Positions 39,627 through 51,017 of a stretch of DNA of 64,000 bases are shown one piece after another. A program made the position numbers and the translations under genes. The notes under the pieces are model-generated. The model saw nothing but the letters and a program-made list of their open reading frames with translations, had not been told where the DNA came from and did not search any database. How positions within the stretch are numbered: position 1 is the first letter of the stretch; every line of letters begins with the position of its first letter. This stretch comes from Candidatus Kapaibacterium sp. (GTDB lineage Bacteria > Bacteroidota > Ignavibacteria > Kapaibacteriales > Kapaibacteriaceae). The stretch is taken from positions 3,354-67,353 of the forward strand of contig JAURNF010000218.1 of the NCBI GenBank assembly GCA_030830285.1, written 5' to 3'.

Positions 39627-40973
39627 CTAAAAACCCAATTCTCGAAGTGTACTAAGTACAGATTCCGTGTAGATGTTCACGGTTTCTCCATACCAGCGTC
39701 CGTCGGGGATGAATTGGATGGCTCCATAGGTCGCTGGGTTGAGGGGTTGAATGGGGCTTGTAGCCACCACGCTGGTCTCGTCCGGACGGAACTCATTGTC
39801 GACATCGTACAGGGCAATGGTGCATCCGAATTCGGTGATCGACTGCTCGTCGACAGGCGCCCGTTCGTAGCCAAGAAGGGCAAATGGTATGCGGACCTTA
39901 ACGACGTAACCCCCTGTGCGTGGTGCAGTTACGACGCGTACCCGTTGGACGGCAGAGTCTTGTGCGGGGTCGAGTTCGTCGGTGGTCTTGACCTTGATGG
40001 TTGGACGTCGATCGCCGAAATCACCGATCTGAATCGAGAAGGCATAGAGTCCGCTGTCGGTGCTCGACCGGGGCGTAATGGTCGACCGCTTGACGGTTTG
40101 GATGTAGCGCGACCCCCCAAGTTCATCCGCTGGGGTTACGTCGAACCAAATTTCCAATCGGTCGGCTGCGCATGTGTCACACCACCCGGTAATGATGGTT
40201 GAATCTTGAACTGTGACACGGAGATAGAGGTAGTCGTTGTCGTACACCACCCGCGCGCGCAACGATGCGTCGCGCTCATCGGTCCACCAGAACGCGCCAT
40301 TTACTACGTGCTTGATGCGCATTGCGGTAATCTCGGGCACGTATCCGGCATATACCTGGCGTCCACGGCTGTACGCTGGAATCACCCCGTAGTCAGCTGC
40401 GAATGCTAGATCCCCATCGCCCGTGATGAACCGCTCTTGCGTTTCAAGTGTCTGGTACGACCGAAACGTCTCGTGTCCGAATGATTCAACGCGGTCCGAT
40501 ACAAACTCATCAACAAGGACGATGCTGCCTTCACCAAACCGATAGCCGCGAATCATCCAATCATCACTGCGTCGCTTTTGCGTCACGTAGCACGTCTGCT
40601 CCTTGATCACAACGCCAACCTCAAGCGGTAGGTCGATGTAGGCAAAAGGGAGCTTGCCGATGTTGACGAGGAATCCCTCGTTGTCGATGAAGAGGTAGAC
40701 AAGATTCTCACGCTTGCGCGTACCGAGAACATTTACCGATACAGCAAGGTCGTAGTTGCCATCGCCACTGAAATCACCTACGTCCCATCCCCAGATGCGG
40801 TACGCAGATCCCTGTGGGAGCGCTGGACGGATGTCCTGAATGAGCTCCTCTGCGAAATAGGGTGTGAGACGTCGCGCGAACTCGTCATACGTCATGCCGG
40901 ACTGTGCTGAAAGCACGGGGGCGATCAGGACGAAGACGGCGGCACTGAGAAGTGCGAGTCGACAGCGAGACAC
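39627..40973 (-). CDS. Secreted hypothetical protein with an FG-GAP-like motif and a CBM9/DOMON-like domain
   Basis: Signal peptide (LSA|Q); GDFSGDGNYDLAV; YDNDYLYLRVTVQD...DRLEIWFD...GYVVKVRIPF. Confidence 0.6.
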   Translation of the reverse strand: MSRCRLALLSAAVFVLIAPVLSAQSGMTYDEFARRLTPYFAEELIQDIRPALPQGSAYRIWGWDVGDFSGDGNYDLAVSVNVLGTRKRENLVYLFIDNEGFLVNIGKLPFAYIDLPLEVGVVIKEQTCYVTQKRRSDDWMIRGYRFGEGSIVLVDEFVSDRVESFGHETFRSYQTLETQERFITGDGDLAFAADYGVIPAYSRGRQVYAGYVPEITAMRIKHVVNGAFWWTDERDASLRARVVYDNDYLYLRVTVQDSTIITGWCDTCAADRLEIWFDVTPADELGGSRYIQTVKRSTITPRSSTDSGLYAFSIQIGDFGDRRPTIKVKTTDELDPAQDSAVQRVRVVTAPRTGGYVVKVRIPFALLGYERAPVDEQSITEFGCTIALYDVDNEFRPDETSVVATSPIQPLNPATYGAIQFIPDGRWYGETVNIYTESVLSTLRELGF

Positions 40974-40984
40974 GGTTGTACCTA

Positions 40985-41983
40985 TCAGTTTGTTGGTGCT
41001 GTTGCCAGAACGGTATCACGAACCTCGAGATGGCTGGCACGCAAACGCGCACCATACTGCGCAACAACTTGGGCCGATGCATACGATGCAAGACGTCCCG
41101 CATGCTCTGGGTGATGACGGTGTAGGACGCCATACAGGAAGGCACCAGCATACATGTCACCAGCACCGGTAGTGTCGACAGGCTGAACCTTGTACGCAGG
41201 AATCTCAACGTCGTGTCCGTTCCAGCGTACACGCGAGCCCTCGGCACCAGCTGTGAGCACGGCGTTCGGAAAGGTCGCAGCGAGGTATGCATATGCTTCG
41301 TTCACCGACTCTGTCTGTGCGAGCCCTGTGCCTTCACGCTCATTGCAGAACACAAGATCAGCGCTCTTCAATACCGAACGCAGACGGTCGCCGAACACAT
41401 CAATGATGAACCCATCGGAACAACTGATCGCGACGCGTGTATCATGCTTCTTCGCATAGAACAACGCTTGATCGACAGCCTCTGCTCCGTTATCATCCGT
41501 GAGCTTGTACCCTTCGATGTACACCCACTCGCTCGACTTAATGAGGTCTTCATTGATGTGACGTGGCGAAAACTCTGTGTTCACGGCAAGCGTGGTGTTG
41601 AGTGTTCGCTCGCTATCGGGTGTGATCAACACCAGACATGATCCGGTGGTGGCACCACTGATCTGCTCAGCATTCAACACAATGCCAAGGTCCTTGAACT
41701 CCGATGCGTAGAAGTCACCAAAATGGTCACCACCCAACAGCGATGCATACGCGGCCGTGCCACCAAACTGCGCGAAGGCAATGATGGTGTTCGCAGCCGA
41801 TCCGCCACTGCAACGATGCGCATCGCGATCATTCAGTGCCTGAATCATGTCGTGCTGACGTGATGGTTCTGTGAGCGTCATGGCTCCCTTGGATACCCCA
41901 AAGGCAGCGAGTTCGGCATCTGTGACGCGGTATTCGAGGTCGACGAGGGCATTGCCGATGCCCGTAAGAAGGATGTGTTTCAC
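40985..41983 (-). CDS. PfkB-family carbohydrate/adenosine kinase
   Basis: GIGNALVD, GGSAANT, VFCNERE, VDTTGAGDMYAGAFLYG. Confidence 0.9.
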   Translation of the reverse strand: MKHILLTGIGNALVDLEYRVTDAELAAFGVSKGAMTLTEPSRQHDMIQALNDRDAHRCSGGSAANTIIAFAQFGGTAAYASLLGGDHFGDFYASEFKDLGIVLNAEQISGATTGSCLVLITPDSERTLNTTLAVNTEFSPRHINEDLIKSSEWVYIEGYKLTDDNGAEAVDQALFYAKKHDTRVAISCSDGFIIDVFGDRLRSVLKSADLVFCNEREGTGLAQTESVNEAYAYLAATFPNAVLTAGAEGSRVRWNGHDVEIPAYKVQPVDTTGAGDMYAGAFLYGVLHRHHPEHAGRLASYASAQVVAQYGARLRASHLEVRDTVLATAPTN

Positions 41984-43005
41984 GACGCGAAGATACCCGA
42001 CAAGCGCATGATCTCCTCACATAGCGCAGGAAACTCAATGTCTGCTGCACGAGCGGCCATCGGCACAAGACTCGTTTCGGTGAACCCCGGAAGCGTATTC
42101 ACTTCAAGACAGAACGGGATGTTGTCCTCGCGCAGACGGAAATCGACGCGACTGTAGGCGCGGCATCCCAGAACGTTGTGTGCAGCAACAGCAAGGTTGC
42201 GAACATGATCTTCAACTTCAGGCGAGAGCTCTGCAGGACAGTGGTACTCGGTTTTACCCTTGGTGTACTTGTTCGTGTAGTCGTAATAGCCATCCTTCGG
42301 CGCAATCTCGATGATCGGCAATGCATCGTCTCCAAGCACTGCAACCGTAAGCTCCCTACCCGAGATGTATCGCTCTATGAGGATCGTCGATGAGTACATG
42401 CCAGCGATTCGCACAGCTTCGCCAAGTGAATCAACGTTTGGCGTGTTGAGAATCGTCATTCCAACCGTCGAACCTTGGTCATTCGGCTTGATGACAAGTC
42501 CGCCTTCGACTTCCGTCATCACCTGCTCGAGAACCGTGTGATCATCAGCTTGGTCCGGTGTTAGCGTCACCCACGGCGCAGTAGGAATGCCCGCAACTTG
42601 GAACAGCATTTTTGCGAGCCCCTTATCCATGGCCGCTGCACTCGCCAACATTGTGCTACCGGTGTACGGGATGCCGCGCAGATCCAGCAGCGATTGGATG
42701 TAGCCGTCCTCACCATAGCGTCCGTGCAGCAAGATGAATGCACAATCGACACCATCAAAGGCCGACGATGAGACGCACTCCATCAGGGCGACGGGACGAA
42801 ACGCTGCAAGCTCTTCATCCGTTACTGCCCGTGGCGTTGCTGCTGCGAGCTCGTCATCGTTGAGGATGCAATCGGCACCGCGCGATGGATCGATTGCACG
42901 AACCGAATGCCCGAGTGATCGAAGTGCATGTACGGCCGCGCGACCGCTCACCATGGAGATGTTACGTTCGGGACTAATCCCGCCGAGAAGTACGGCAATG
43001 TTCAT
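41980..43005 (-). CDS. ddl: D-alanine--D-alanine ligase
   Basis: AVLLGGISPERNIS, LHGRYGEDG, YDYTNKY, LEVNTLPGFT; start at ATG 43005. Confidence 0.95.
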   Translation of the reverse strand: MNIAVLLGGISPERNISMVSGRAAVHALRSLGHSVRAIDPSRGADCILNDDELAAATPRAVTDEELAAFRPVALMECVSSSAFDGVDCAFILLHGRYGEDGYIQSLLDLRGIPYTGSTMLASAAAMDKGLAKMLFQVAGIPTAPWVTLTPDQADDHTVLEQVMTEVEGGLVIKPNDQGSTVGMTILNTPNVDSLGEAVRIAGMYSSTILIERYISGRELTVAVLGDDALPIIEIAPKDGYYDYTNKYTKGKTEYHCPAELSPEVEDHVRNLAVAAHNVLGCRAYSRVDFRLREDNIPFCLEVNTLPGFTETSLVPMAARAADIEFPALCEEIMRLSGIFAS

Positions 43006-43751
43006 GATGCATCGTAGAGGTTGCGAAGAAGCTTGACGTCGTCCCACGCGTACTTCTTCCATTCAGGATTCCGCAGCAGCGCCGCGGGATGATAGGTCAC
43101 CAGTGTGCGAATGCCATGATAGTCGTGAATCTTTCCACGAAGATTCGTCATGGACTCTTTGTTCTTCAGTAGGGTGTTTGCTGCGGTGAGACCAAGCGCG
43201 AGAATGAGCTTTGGTTGCACGATCTCAATCTGCTTCCACAGATATGGCTCGCACTGATCTGTTTCGCCAACAAGGGGCTTGCGGTTATTCGGTGGACGGC
43301 ACTTGAGGATGTTGCAGATGTAGACTTCTTCGCGCGGCAGCGAGATGGCCTCGAGAATCTTCGTCAACAACTGTCCTGCTCGACCCACAAACGGCAAGCC
43401 TTGCTCGTCTTCATCAGCGCCTGGCGCTTCGCCGACGATCATGATGTCTGCATTGGGATTGCCACTGCCAAACACAAAGTTCGTTCGTGTGTGGCCGAGT
43501 GGACACTGCATGCAGGTGCAGATCTGCTCGTTGAGTTCGGTAAGTGTTGTTGTTGCGGCCCAGCTTGCGGTTGACTGCTCCATTGACATCTCGATGGTCT
43601 CCGTTGCTTCAGTTGCGTGGTCGATTGCTGACTCTACGCTGTGTTCACCGATCACAGAAGCAGGATCGGCGCGCACCACATATTGGTGCGCGCCGTACAT
43701 CTGCGTTTGCTGTCGGAGATATGCTGCAAGGAGAGTTGGATCGATTGCCAC
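43002..43751 (-). CDS. Uracil-DNA glycosylase, family 4 (Fe-S)
   Basis: [41 protein letters not shown]. Confidence 0.93.
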   Translation of the reverse strand: MAIDPTLLAAYLRQQTQMYGAHQYVVRADPASVIGEHSVESAIDHATEATETIEMSMEQSTASWAATTTLTELNEQICTCMQCPLGHTRTNFVFGSGNPNADIMIVGEAPGADEDEQGLPFVGRAGQLLTKILEAISLPREEVYICNILKCRPPNNRKPLVGETDQCEPYLWKQIEIVQPKLILALGLTAANTLLKNKESMTNLRGKIHDYHGIRTLVTYHPAALLRNPEWKKYAWDDVKLLRNLYDAS

Positions 43752-43759
43752 AGGTCACA

Positions 43760-46279
43760 TTACTCCTCGTGCGCTTCGGCCTCTTCGTGTTCTTCAAGTG
43801 CGTCGCCACCCTTTGGCTTCGCAAGCGAGAACACTACGGTTCCCGTCTTCTTGTCGAGCTTGCCCTTGATCAATGCACCTTCGGTGAAGATACCCTTAAG
43901 GAGGTCCTCAGAAATTGGATCTTCGACAAAGCGCTGCAGCGTTCGGCGAAGCGGACGTGCACCGTACTTCTCGTCAAAGCCTTTCTCTGCAAGGAATTCC
44001 TTGGCAGACTTCGCAAGATCAAGTGTGATATTCTTTGAAGCCAAACGCTTGAGTACGCGCTTGAGCTGCAGGTCGATGATCTTGTACATGTCTTCCTTCT
44101 TGAGCGAACGGAAGATCACATACTCGTCGATACGATTCAAAAACTCTGGATTGAACAACCGCTTCATCGTCTCTTCAACGGTTGACTTCATGTTGTCGTA
44201 GTCGTCCGATGCTGCGTCGGGTGTAAAACCGATGCGACCGCCCGCCTTGACATCACGCATACCTACGTTGGACGTCATGATGATGATTGTGTTCTTGAAG
44301 TCAACGCGACGTCCAAGTCCATCCGTGAGCTGTCCATCATCGAACACCTGCAACAGGATGTTGAATACGTCTGGGTGTGCCTTTTCAATTTCGTCGAGCA
44401 GCACGATAGAGTACGGCTTACGACGCACCTTCTCGGTGAGCTGTCCACCCTCTTCATAACCGACGTATCCTGGAGGTGCTCCAACAAGACGTGATACGGT
44501 GAACTTCTCCATGTACTCCGACATGTCGATGCGAATGAGCGCATCTTCGCTGTCGAACATGTAGCGTGCGAGTGCCTTTGCGAGCTCAGTCTTTCCGACG
44601 CCGGTTGGACCCAAGAACATGAACGAACCGATTGGACGGTTCGGATCCTTCAGTCCAGCACGAGCACGGCGAATAGCCTTTGCCAAGTGCTCAACGGCCT
44701 CGTCCTGACCAATCACTTGTCCGCGCAACTCTTCCGCCATCTTCAAGAGCTTGGCTGTTTCGCCTTCCGCGATTCGATTGACAGGGATACCGGTCATCAT
44801 CGCAATCACATCAGCGACATCTTCCTCGGTGACGTCGAAGACAACGTCGCCCGACTTGCTCTCCCACTCTTCCTTTGCTGTCTCGAGATCGGCTTGATGC
44901 TTCTTCTCGAGATCGCGCAATCGAGCGGCTTCTTCGAAGTTCTGGGACTTCACGACGGAGTTCTTGAGAACGCGTACTTCTTCGATCTTTTCTTCGAGCT
45001 CGAGTACTTCCTTTGGCACCTTGATGTTGCCGAGATGCACTCGTGCACCCGCTTCATCCATCACATCAAGCGCTTTGTCTGGTAGGAAACGGTCGGTGAT
45101 GTACCGATCCGCCATGAGCACGCAGGCACGCACGGCTTCTTCCGAGTAGCGAACACCGTGATGCTGCTCGTAGCGTTCCTTGACGTTCGTGAGGATCTGC
45201 ATCGCCTCTTCGGCAGTCGGCGGATCGACGACGATCTTCTGGAAGCGACGGTCGAGAGCACCATCTTTTTCGATGAACTGACGGTACTCATCGAGGGTCG
45301 TGGCGCCGATACATTGGATGTCGCCCCGCGCCAAAGCCGGCTTGAACATGTTTGATGCATCAAGCGATCCCGACGCACCACCAGCACCAACGATAGTGTG
45401 AAGCTCGTCGATGAACAGGATAACATCCTTTGCTTTTTCAAGCTCGTTCATCACGGCCTTCATGCGCTCTTCGAACTGACCGCGGTACTTGGTACCAGCA
45501 ACGAGCGCTGCGAGGTCAAGCGTCACAATACGCTTGTCGAACAGCACACGCGATACCTTGCGGTCGATGATGCGGAGCGCCAAGCCCTCAACAATCGCAG
45601 TTTTGCCAACGCCTGGCTCACCGATGAGCACTGGGTTGTTCTTCTTGCGACGTGAAAGAACCTGCGCGACGCGTTGAATTTCTTTGTCACGACCAATCAC
45701 TGGGTCGAGCTTGCCCTCTACGGCCAGCTTCGTAAGATCACGTCCGAAGTTGTCGAGCACTGGCGTCTTCGCGCGCTCAGGTGCAGCCTTCGTACGGCCA
45801 CCTGGCTGCCCCTTTTCAGGTCGTGCCTGACCTGATGTGGGACGTCCGCTAAGGTATGCGTCGAGCTCCTTGCGAACAGCATCGTAGTTAACCGAGAACT
45901 GACCCAGAATCTGGGCCGCAATGTTGTCTTCGTCACGCAACAGCGAGAGCAACAAATGCTCCGTGCCGATCACGTCCGACTTGTACAGCTTGGCCTCGAG
46001 ATAGGTGATTTTCAGCACCTTCTCAGCCTGCTTCGTGAGTGGGATATTCCCGATCGTAAGTGGGCCGCTCATCGAACGCACTGTATCCTCTACAGCACGC
46101 TTGAGCTTCCCGAGCTCGACGCCGAGGTTGCGCAAAATCTTGACACCAATCCCCTCGCCCTCGCGGATAATCCCCAAGAGCAGGTGCTCAGTACCAATGT
46201 AATCGTGTCCGAGACGCAGTGCTTCCTCCCGACTAAGGCGGATCACATCTTGCACTCGGTTGGAAAAGTTGCCTTCCAT
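43760..46279 (-). CDS. clpC: ATP-dependent Clp protease ATP-binding subunit
   Basis: Clp-N repeats (IGTEHLLL), two AAA modules ([16 protein letters not shown]), UVR coiled coil (FEEAARLRD), IGF loop. Confidence 0.96.
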   Translation of the reverse strand: MEGNFSNRVQDVIRLSREEALRLGHDYIGTEHLLLGIIREGEGIGVKILRNLGVELGKLKRAVEDTVRSMSGPLTIGNIPLTKQAEKVLKITYLEAKLYKSDVIGTEHLLLSLLRDEDNIAAQILGQFSVNYDAVRKELDAYLSGRPTSGQARPEKGQPGGRTKAAPERAKTPVLDNFGRDLTKLAVEGKLDPVIGRDKEIQRVAQVLSRRKKNNPVLIGEPGVGKTAIVEGLALRIIDRKVSRVLFDKRIVTLDLAALVAGTKYRGQFEERMKAVMNELEKAKDVILFIDELHTIVGAGGASGSLDASNMFKPALARGDIQCIGATTLDEYRQFIEKDGALDRRFQKIVVDPPTAEEAMQILTNVKERYEQHHGVRYSEEAVRACVLMADRYITDRFLPDKALDVMDEAGARVHLGNIKVPKEVLELEEKIEEVRVLKNSVVKSQNFEEAARLRDLEKKHQADLETAKEEWESKSGDVVFDVTEEDVADVIAMMTGIPVNRIAEGETAKLLKMAEELRGQVIGQDEAVEHLAKAIRRARAGLKDPNRPIGSFMFLGPTGVGKTELAKALARYMFDSEDALIRIDMSEYMEKFTVSRLVGAPPGYVGYEEGGQLTEKVRRKPYSIVLLDEIEKAHPDVFNILLQVFDDGQLTDGLGRRVDFKNTIIIMTSNVGMRDVKAGGRIGFTPDAASDDYDNMKSTVEETMKRLFNPEFLNRIDEYVIFRSLKKEDMYKIIDLQLKRVLKRLASKNITLDLAKSAKEFLAEKGFDEKYGARPLRRTLQRFVEDPISEDLLKGIFTEGALIKGKLDKKTGTVVFSLAKPKGGDALEEHEEAEAHEE

Positions 46280-46426
46280 GGCAGGTATTCCTCAGGGAAC
46301 GGTGAACATTCCTTCCTACGACGTACAGCGCGCAGTTCTGTTACGTTTTGGCACGGAAATATAGCTCCCACCCCGCGCCTGAGGGGGCGGAGATTATGCA
46401 CATGAATACCTTAGATCGAGTGCTGC

Positions 46427-47326
46427 TTACTCGTACAGCTTCTTCACCTTGCCCAATTTGATCACCAGCGTTGGCATTGCTGGAGCTGCAGGAGCGGCCG
46501 TCTTGGCAGCAGCTGTAGGAGTCTTACCCTTACCCTTTGCCGGTGTGGCTGCAGGTGTGGCTACTGGTGCACTCGCAGGCGCTGCCAGCATGCCGGCAAC
46601 GTAGGAAATGCGGACGTCGCCCATCTTGACAGTCTTAGTGAGTTCTTTGACTGCGGCAATACGCTGCGCTACAAGATCTGTGTTAGGGTCTGCTGGATAA
46701 GCTGGACGCGCTGGTTCAGGGGGCGCTGGTTGCCCCTTCTTTACCTTCTTGACGGCCTTTTTCCAGGCATCGAGCTCCTTGGCGTAAGCGACATCGACCT
46801 GCGCCTTGACCTTGCTAATCTGATCTTCATCGGGAGCGATGGTGACGACGAGGTTCATTTCGCCATTTGAGCGCAACAGCTCGTTGATCTGATCAACAGC
46901 CGCTTTGCTTGCAGGCGTGAGTGTAGCAGCATTACGGTCGAATGCATTCATCACCGATGCGATCTGCGTACCCTCGACCACCTCACGCACGTTGATGTCG
47001 TGCTTGATGATCTTGAACTTCTCAGCCTTCGGGATTTCTACGACCACTTCTTTGCGGTAGACGTTGTACCCCGTGCATGCAATCTTGTGGGGTCCGGGTT
47101 CTGAAAGCGTCTGGAGGTACGTGCCATCCTTGCTGTTCGATGAGATCGAGATACGCTTTCCCGATGGCGTCCAGATGAACATCTTACAACCAATCGGCTT
47201 TCCTGTAACGGAGTCGCGAATGACGCCTTCAAGATTAAGGTTGGCTTGCTGTGCGGTGGCTGCCATAGCAACAACACCAAAGGCTCCTACGAGCACCAGT
47301 GCACGAACACTTGCAATCATTCCCAC
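46427..47326 (-). CDS. Exported protein with a carboxypeptidase-regulatory-like domain and a degenerate OmpA-C-like domain
   Basis: Signal peptide (ATA|Q); LEGVIRDSVTGKPI; FDRNAATLTPASKAAVDQINELLRSN...DLVAQRIAAVK; Ala/Pro/Lys-rich linkers. Confidence 0.55.
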   Translation of the reverse strand: MGMIASVRALVLVGAFGVVAMAATAQQANLNLEGVIRDSVTGKPIGCKMFIWTPSGKRISISSNSKDGTYLQTLSEPGPHKIACTGYNVYRKEVVVEIPKAEKFKIIKHDINVREVVEGTQIASVMNAFDRNAATLTPASKAAVDQINELLRSNGEMNLVVTIAPDEDQISKVKAQVDVAYAKELDAWKKAVKKVKKGQPAPPEPARPAYPADPNTDLVAQRIAAVKELTKTVKMGDVRISYVAGMLAAPASAPVATPAATPAKGKGKTPTAAAKTAAPAAPAMPTLVIKLGKVKKLYE

Positions 47327-47330
47327 GTGA

Positions 47331-48098
47331 TCATCCCTTTGCTGAGTTTAGAAACTTCGCGATCCCTTGCTTGCAGTCGTCGGTCTGACGTGCAAGTGCA
47401 TTCATCACGGTTGCGTAGTGCAACCCTGCTTCGAGTGACATGCTATGTACCGACTCGAGCATCATTTTACTCATTGCCATGGCCGAGGGGCTATTTGCCG
47501 CAATGGACTTGGCAATCGACATCGTTGTAGCCTCAAGGTCGGCATCATCCACAACGTGGGAAATGAGTCCCAACCGCTGTGCTTCTTCCGCACCGATGTT
47601 CTCTGCTGTCAACACCAAGCGTCGTGCTTGCGTATCGCCGATCTTTCGCACGAGATACACCATGACGATCGCCGGTATGAACCCGATGCGCACCTCGGAA
47701 TACCCGAACAGCGCTTTCTCACGTCCAGCCACGACGATATCGCATACGGTTGCGAGACCACATCCGCCGGCAATTGCCGCACCATGGACCATACCGATAA
47801 CGGGCTTGGAACAGCCAACGATCGACTGGAACATGTCCTTGAGATCAGTTGAATCGGCAAGATTTTCGAGCGGTGAGTTCTGACTGATTTGCTGGAGATA
47901 GGCGAGGTCGGCACCGGCACAAAACGCCGGTCCATCCCCACGCAGGACGATGACACGCACGTCGGGATCGGCACCCATCGACGTAAACGCACGATGTAGG
48001 TCCGACACAAGCTCGGCGCTGAGCGCATTCCGCTTGTCGGCACGATTCATAACGATCGTACCAATTCCATCAGCGATGGATGTGAGAACGAGTTCCAT
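47331..48098 (-). CDS. Enoyl-CoA hydratase/isomerase (methylglutaconyl-CoA hydratase-like)
   Basis: NRADKRNAL, FCAGADL, GAAIAGGCGL, SEVRIGFIPA; ATG at 48098 preferred over the TTG at 48107. Confidence 0.88.
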   Translation of the reverse strand: MELVLTSIADGIGTIVMNRADKRNALSAELVSDLHRAFTSMGADPDVRVIVLRGDGPAFCAGADLAYLQQISQNSPLENLADSTDLKDMFQSIVGCSKPVIGMVHGAAIAGGCGLATVCDIVVAGREKALFGYSEVRIGFIPAIVMVYLVRKIGDTQARRLVLTAENIGAEEAQRLGLISHVVDDADLEATTMSIAKSIAANSPSAMAMSKMMLESVHSMSLEAGLHYATVMNALARQTDDCKQGIAKFLNSAKG

Positions 48099-48125
48099 GG
48101 TCGACAAGATACGGCGTGAGAACGA

Positions 48126-51017
48126 TCAGCGCGTTATCACAATTGGCCACGCACGAGTGCTGAACCCGTCTGGTAAACTGAGGTGGCTCATGGTGTACAC
48201 GTAATACACGCCAGCCGGTAGTCGACTCACGTTGAGTACCACAAGAATCTGTCCACCCGCAACGGTCTCGAACGTCACCTCATCCACACGACGCCCTTGT
48301 GCATCATATACTGCGAACGATGCTGGCGATGCCGTGATGCCACCTGACGGAATGTAAACGTAGTCAGTTGCGGGAACGGGGAACGGCGCACCGGCAAACA
48401 CGCTATCAGATGGATCAGGCTTGTCCCATGCGTTGTTCAACAACCCCGATACTCCAGCTACTGACGTGTCCATTGCGATCACGTGACGGAACATGCGTCG
48501 ATGACCAGGTGGGATGGCTTCGGTAAATCGCATCCCAACAACAGCCGCAATGTCGTTCACACCCGCATACGTAATCGGCGTTGAGCTAATGAGGAGTTGG
48601 CGCTTTCGTTCCTGTGAAAACCCGTTGTAGGTGGTTGTGTTATCCAAGCTGTTGAGGATCGGCACAGCATCCGAGGTGCTTGAATGCACCGTTAGAGCTA
48701 CGATCGGACTTTGCGCCTCCGTGCTGGCAACCCAACATCCGGAAGCATCGCTCCAGGTGGAGTTCTTCGCGGGTTGCGCTCCAAGATCCCAATCATAAAA
48801 CCATCCCATCGCGCAATCACGCAGCATCGTATCACTGCGATTGGTGAGCGTGGCATCAATGGTGATGATCGCAGCGGCTGTATCAAGTGCAACGTTGAGC
48901 TCGACCTCGACACCGATGCGAAGGCTATCTGGCGAATCAGCATCGGTGAGAACTGCACGGAGTGGGTATGGCGCAAGAAAGGGCTTGGTTGCGCTAAAGT
49001 GATCGTTGTGTCCGCGCATGGCGCGAGCACCATCAACCACTCGTCCGTTGGCTGTGATCATCAATGCCCCTTCGTACAACTGACCGCACCATTGACGGAA
49101 GGAGAACCCTTCACCTTGACCGCGCTCGAGATCGGTGTTTCCAATGCGCCCATGATCACCGATACTTACGCGCACATCATTGTTTGCAAGCGTCACGAAT
49201 GCTGGTGCTGGAGTAACTGGCACAATGATCCGGCGCACGACCTCTTCACCACCGCTGCGCTGTCCGTTGAGTTCAAGCACGACATACGCCACATCATCCG
49301 TTGCACGCGTTACACGCAGACGAACCTGCGGCAATGAGAGGCGTTGCTGCGGTGTGAGCTGCAATCCAACTGAAACCTCAGGAGTAAGCACCTGCACAGC
49401 ATCGGCGGATACACCGCCAACAGCAACAACACGCATGCGATTCAGCTGCCACTGTCCCATCACGTTGATCACCCACGGTGTAACATTCAACGTGTCACCA
49501 ACGCCCCAGCGTTGCGCGCCGCCGGCAGCGGCAAGGTGCACGGTATCATAGACAACCGAGACGATCGATGTTGGTTCGGCAGTAACAGCAAGCAACGCAT
49601 TCACACGCCCACGCGGAAGCAGCAATGAGTCGATCGTTGGCGGCACATAGGTCCATGGTGCTGGATCGACAGACTCTCGCACAATTGCACATGCTTCTAG
49701 TGGTGAGAGTTCGGGATGCTTCGATCGTACCAAACCAACAATAGCAGCAGCAATCGGGGCTGAACCGCTTGTGCAGCAGAATCCCATATACCCACCATCA
49801 TTGCCCGTAGTCCACGTGTCGTGTCCGGGTGCCATCACATCCACCGTCGGACCATGTCCAGACATCGCAATGACGTCGTCGCGAGAATTCACAACACCCA
49901 CACTCAACACACCACGATAGCTCGCAGGAAAGAATGGTGTTGGTGACGCATGATTGCCGGCGGCAGCAACTACTGCCGTGCCACGCGCAATTGTGTAGGC
50001 AATCACATCCGCGTCAATGCACGAGCGTGACTGACTTCCCCACGAACAATTGACGATATCAACATCGTTGACGGCACAATAAAGCAGCGATTCATACCCA
50101 TACACGATACCACGAATATTATCGGGCATCGTACGCAACGGAAACATCCGACATTGATTCGCGATGCCTGCAATGCCAAGAGCATTATTGACCGTTGCAC
50201 CCACAATTCCACCGACACCACTTCCATGACTGTCACTCGGATGCCATGTATTGCCTGGTGTTCCCATGCCGAGTTCAGCGCAGAAGTTGTAGCCACGATA
50301 GTCATCGACATAGCCGTTGTTGTCGTCGTCAACACCATTGTCGGGAATCTCACCTCGACGCACAGCGAGTGCATCAGTGAGATCCTCATGTGGCTGCATC
50401 AAGCCACTATCGCTGATCCCGATCACAACCGTATCCGATCCGTCTTCAACATCCCACGCTTCAAATACCTTGATCAGGTTGAGCATGGGCTGTCGATCGC
50501 GCTGTGGATCATTGGGCTCGCCCATAAGTTGTGCAACGCACCATGGTGCAGCACATTCGATCGGACCGCATCCTGTTTCAAGAAGCTGCACCATACGCTC
50601 GGGTGTAATCCGCACGTCGTCCCATGCCACTACATACGAACGTAGCAGACGTTCCTCGACGTCGAGCGCGTCGTTGAGCGAGGATGGACGCGGTTGGCGC
50701 TGTGTGGATGTGCTCCAACGTAGTGACTGCTCGCGCGGCAGCACAGCACGCTCGATCCGGAGTCCAAGCATGCCTAGCACAGCATCTGCATTCTGCGCTG
50801 CATCAGGCGTAAGACGCACCTTCGCACGTCCAGCAATCACAGGATCAGGTCGATGTGGCAACTCCGCCGGTAGTACAGTAAGCTGTGCGTGCAGCACCAC
50901 CGACGATGCTACGAGTAGCAGACCAACGGCTACGCGTCGTGCAAGCGTTCGGACATCAGCGAACGATCTGTAGCGTTGATGTTGCGGTTGACGTGGTCGA
51001 GCGAAGCGATACGACAT
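48126..51017 (-). CDS. S8 (subtilisin-like) serine peptidase with T9SS CTD; start uncertain
   Basis: Triad ISDSG / HGSGVGG / CCTSGSAP; DDDNNGYVDD Ca-binding loop; AAAGN; PFPVPA...LPAGVYYV CTD. Confidence 0.85.
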   Translation of the reverse strand: MSYRFARPRQPQHQRYRSFADVRTLARRVAVGLLLVASSVVLHAQLTVLPAELPHRPDPVIAGRAKVRLTPDAAQNADAVLGMLGLRIERAVLPREQSLRWSTSTQRQPRPSSLNDALDVEERLLRSYVVAWDDVRITPERMVQLLETGCGPIECAAPWCVAQLMGEPNDPQRDRQPMLNLIKVFEAWDVEDGSDTVVIGISDSGLMQPHEDLTDALAVRRGEIPDNGVDDDNNGYVDDYRGYNFCAELGMGTPGNTWHPSDSHGSGVGGIVGATVNNALGIAGIANQCRMFPLRTMPDNIRGIVYGYESLLYCAVNDVDIVNCSWGSQSRSCIDADVIAYTIARGTAVVAAAGNHASPTPFFPASYRGVLSVGVVNSRDDVIAMSGHGPTVDVMAPGHDTWTTGNDGGYMGFCCTSGSAPIAAAIVGLVRSKHPELSPLEACAIVRESVDPAPWTYVPPTIDSLLLPRGRVNALLAVTAEPTSIVSVVYDTVHLAAAGGAQRWGVGDTLNVTPWVINVMGQWQLNRMRVVAVGGVSADAVQVLTPEVSVGLQLTPQQRLSLPQVRLRVTRATDDVAYVVLELNGQRSGGEEVVRRIIVPVTPAPAFVTLANNDVRVSIGDHGRIGNTDLERGQGEGFSFRQWCGQLYEGALMITANGRVVDGARAMRGHNDHFSATKPFLAPYPLRAVLTDADSPDSLRIGVEVELNVALDTAAAIITIDATLTNRSDTMLRDCAMGWFYDWDLGAQPAKNSTWSDASGCWVASTEAQSPIVALTVHSSTSDAVPILNSLDNTTTYNGFSQERKRQLLISSTPITYAGVNDIAAVVGMRFTEAIPPGHRRMFRHVIAMDTSVAGVSGLLNNAWDKPDPSDSVFAGAPFPVPATDYVYIPSGGITASPASFAVYDAQGRRVDEVTFETVAGGQILVVLNVSRLPAGVYYVYTMSHLSLPDGFSTRAWPIVITR

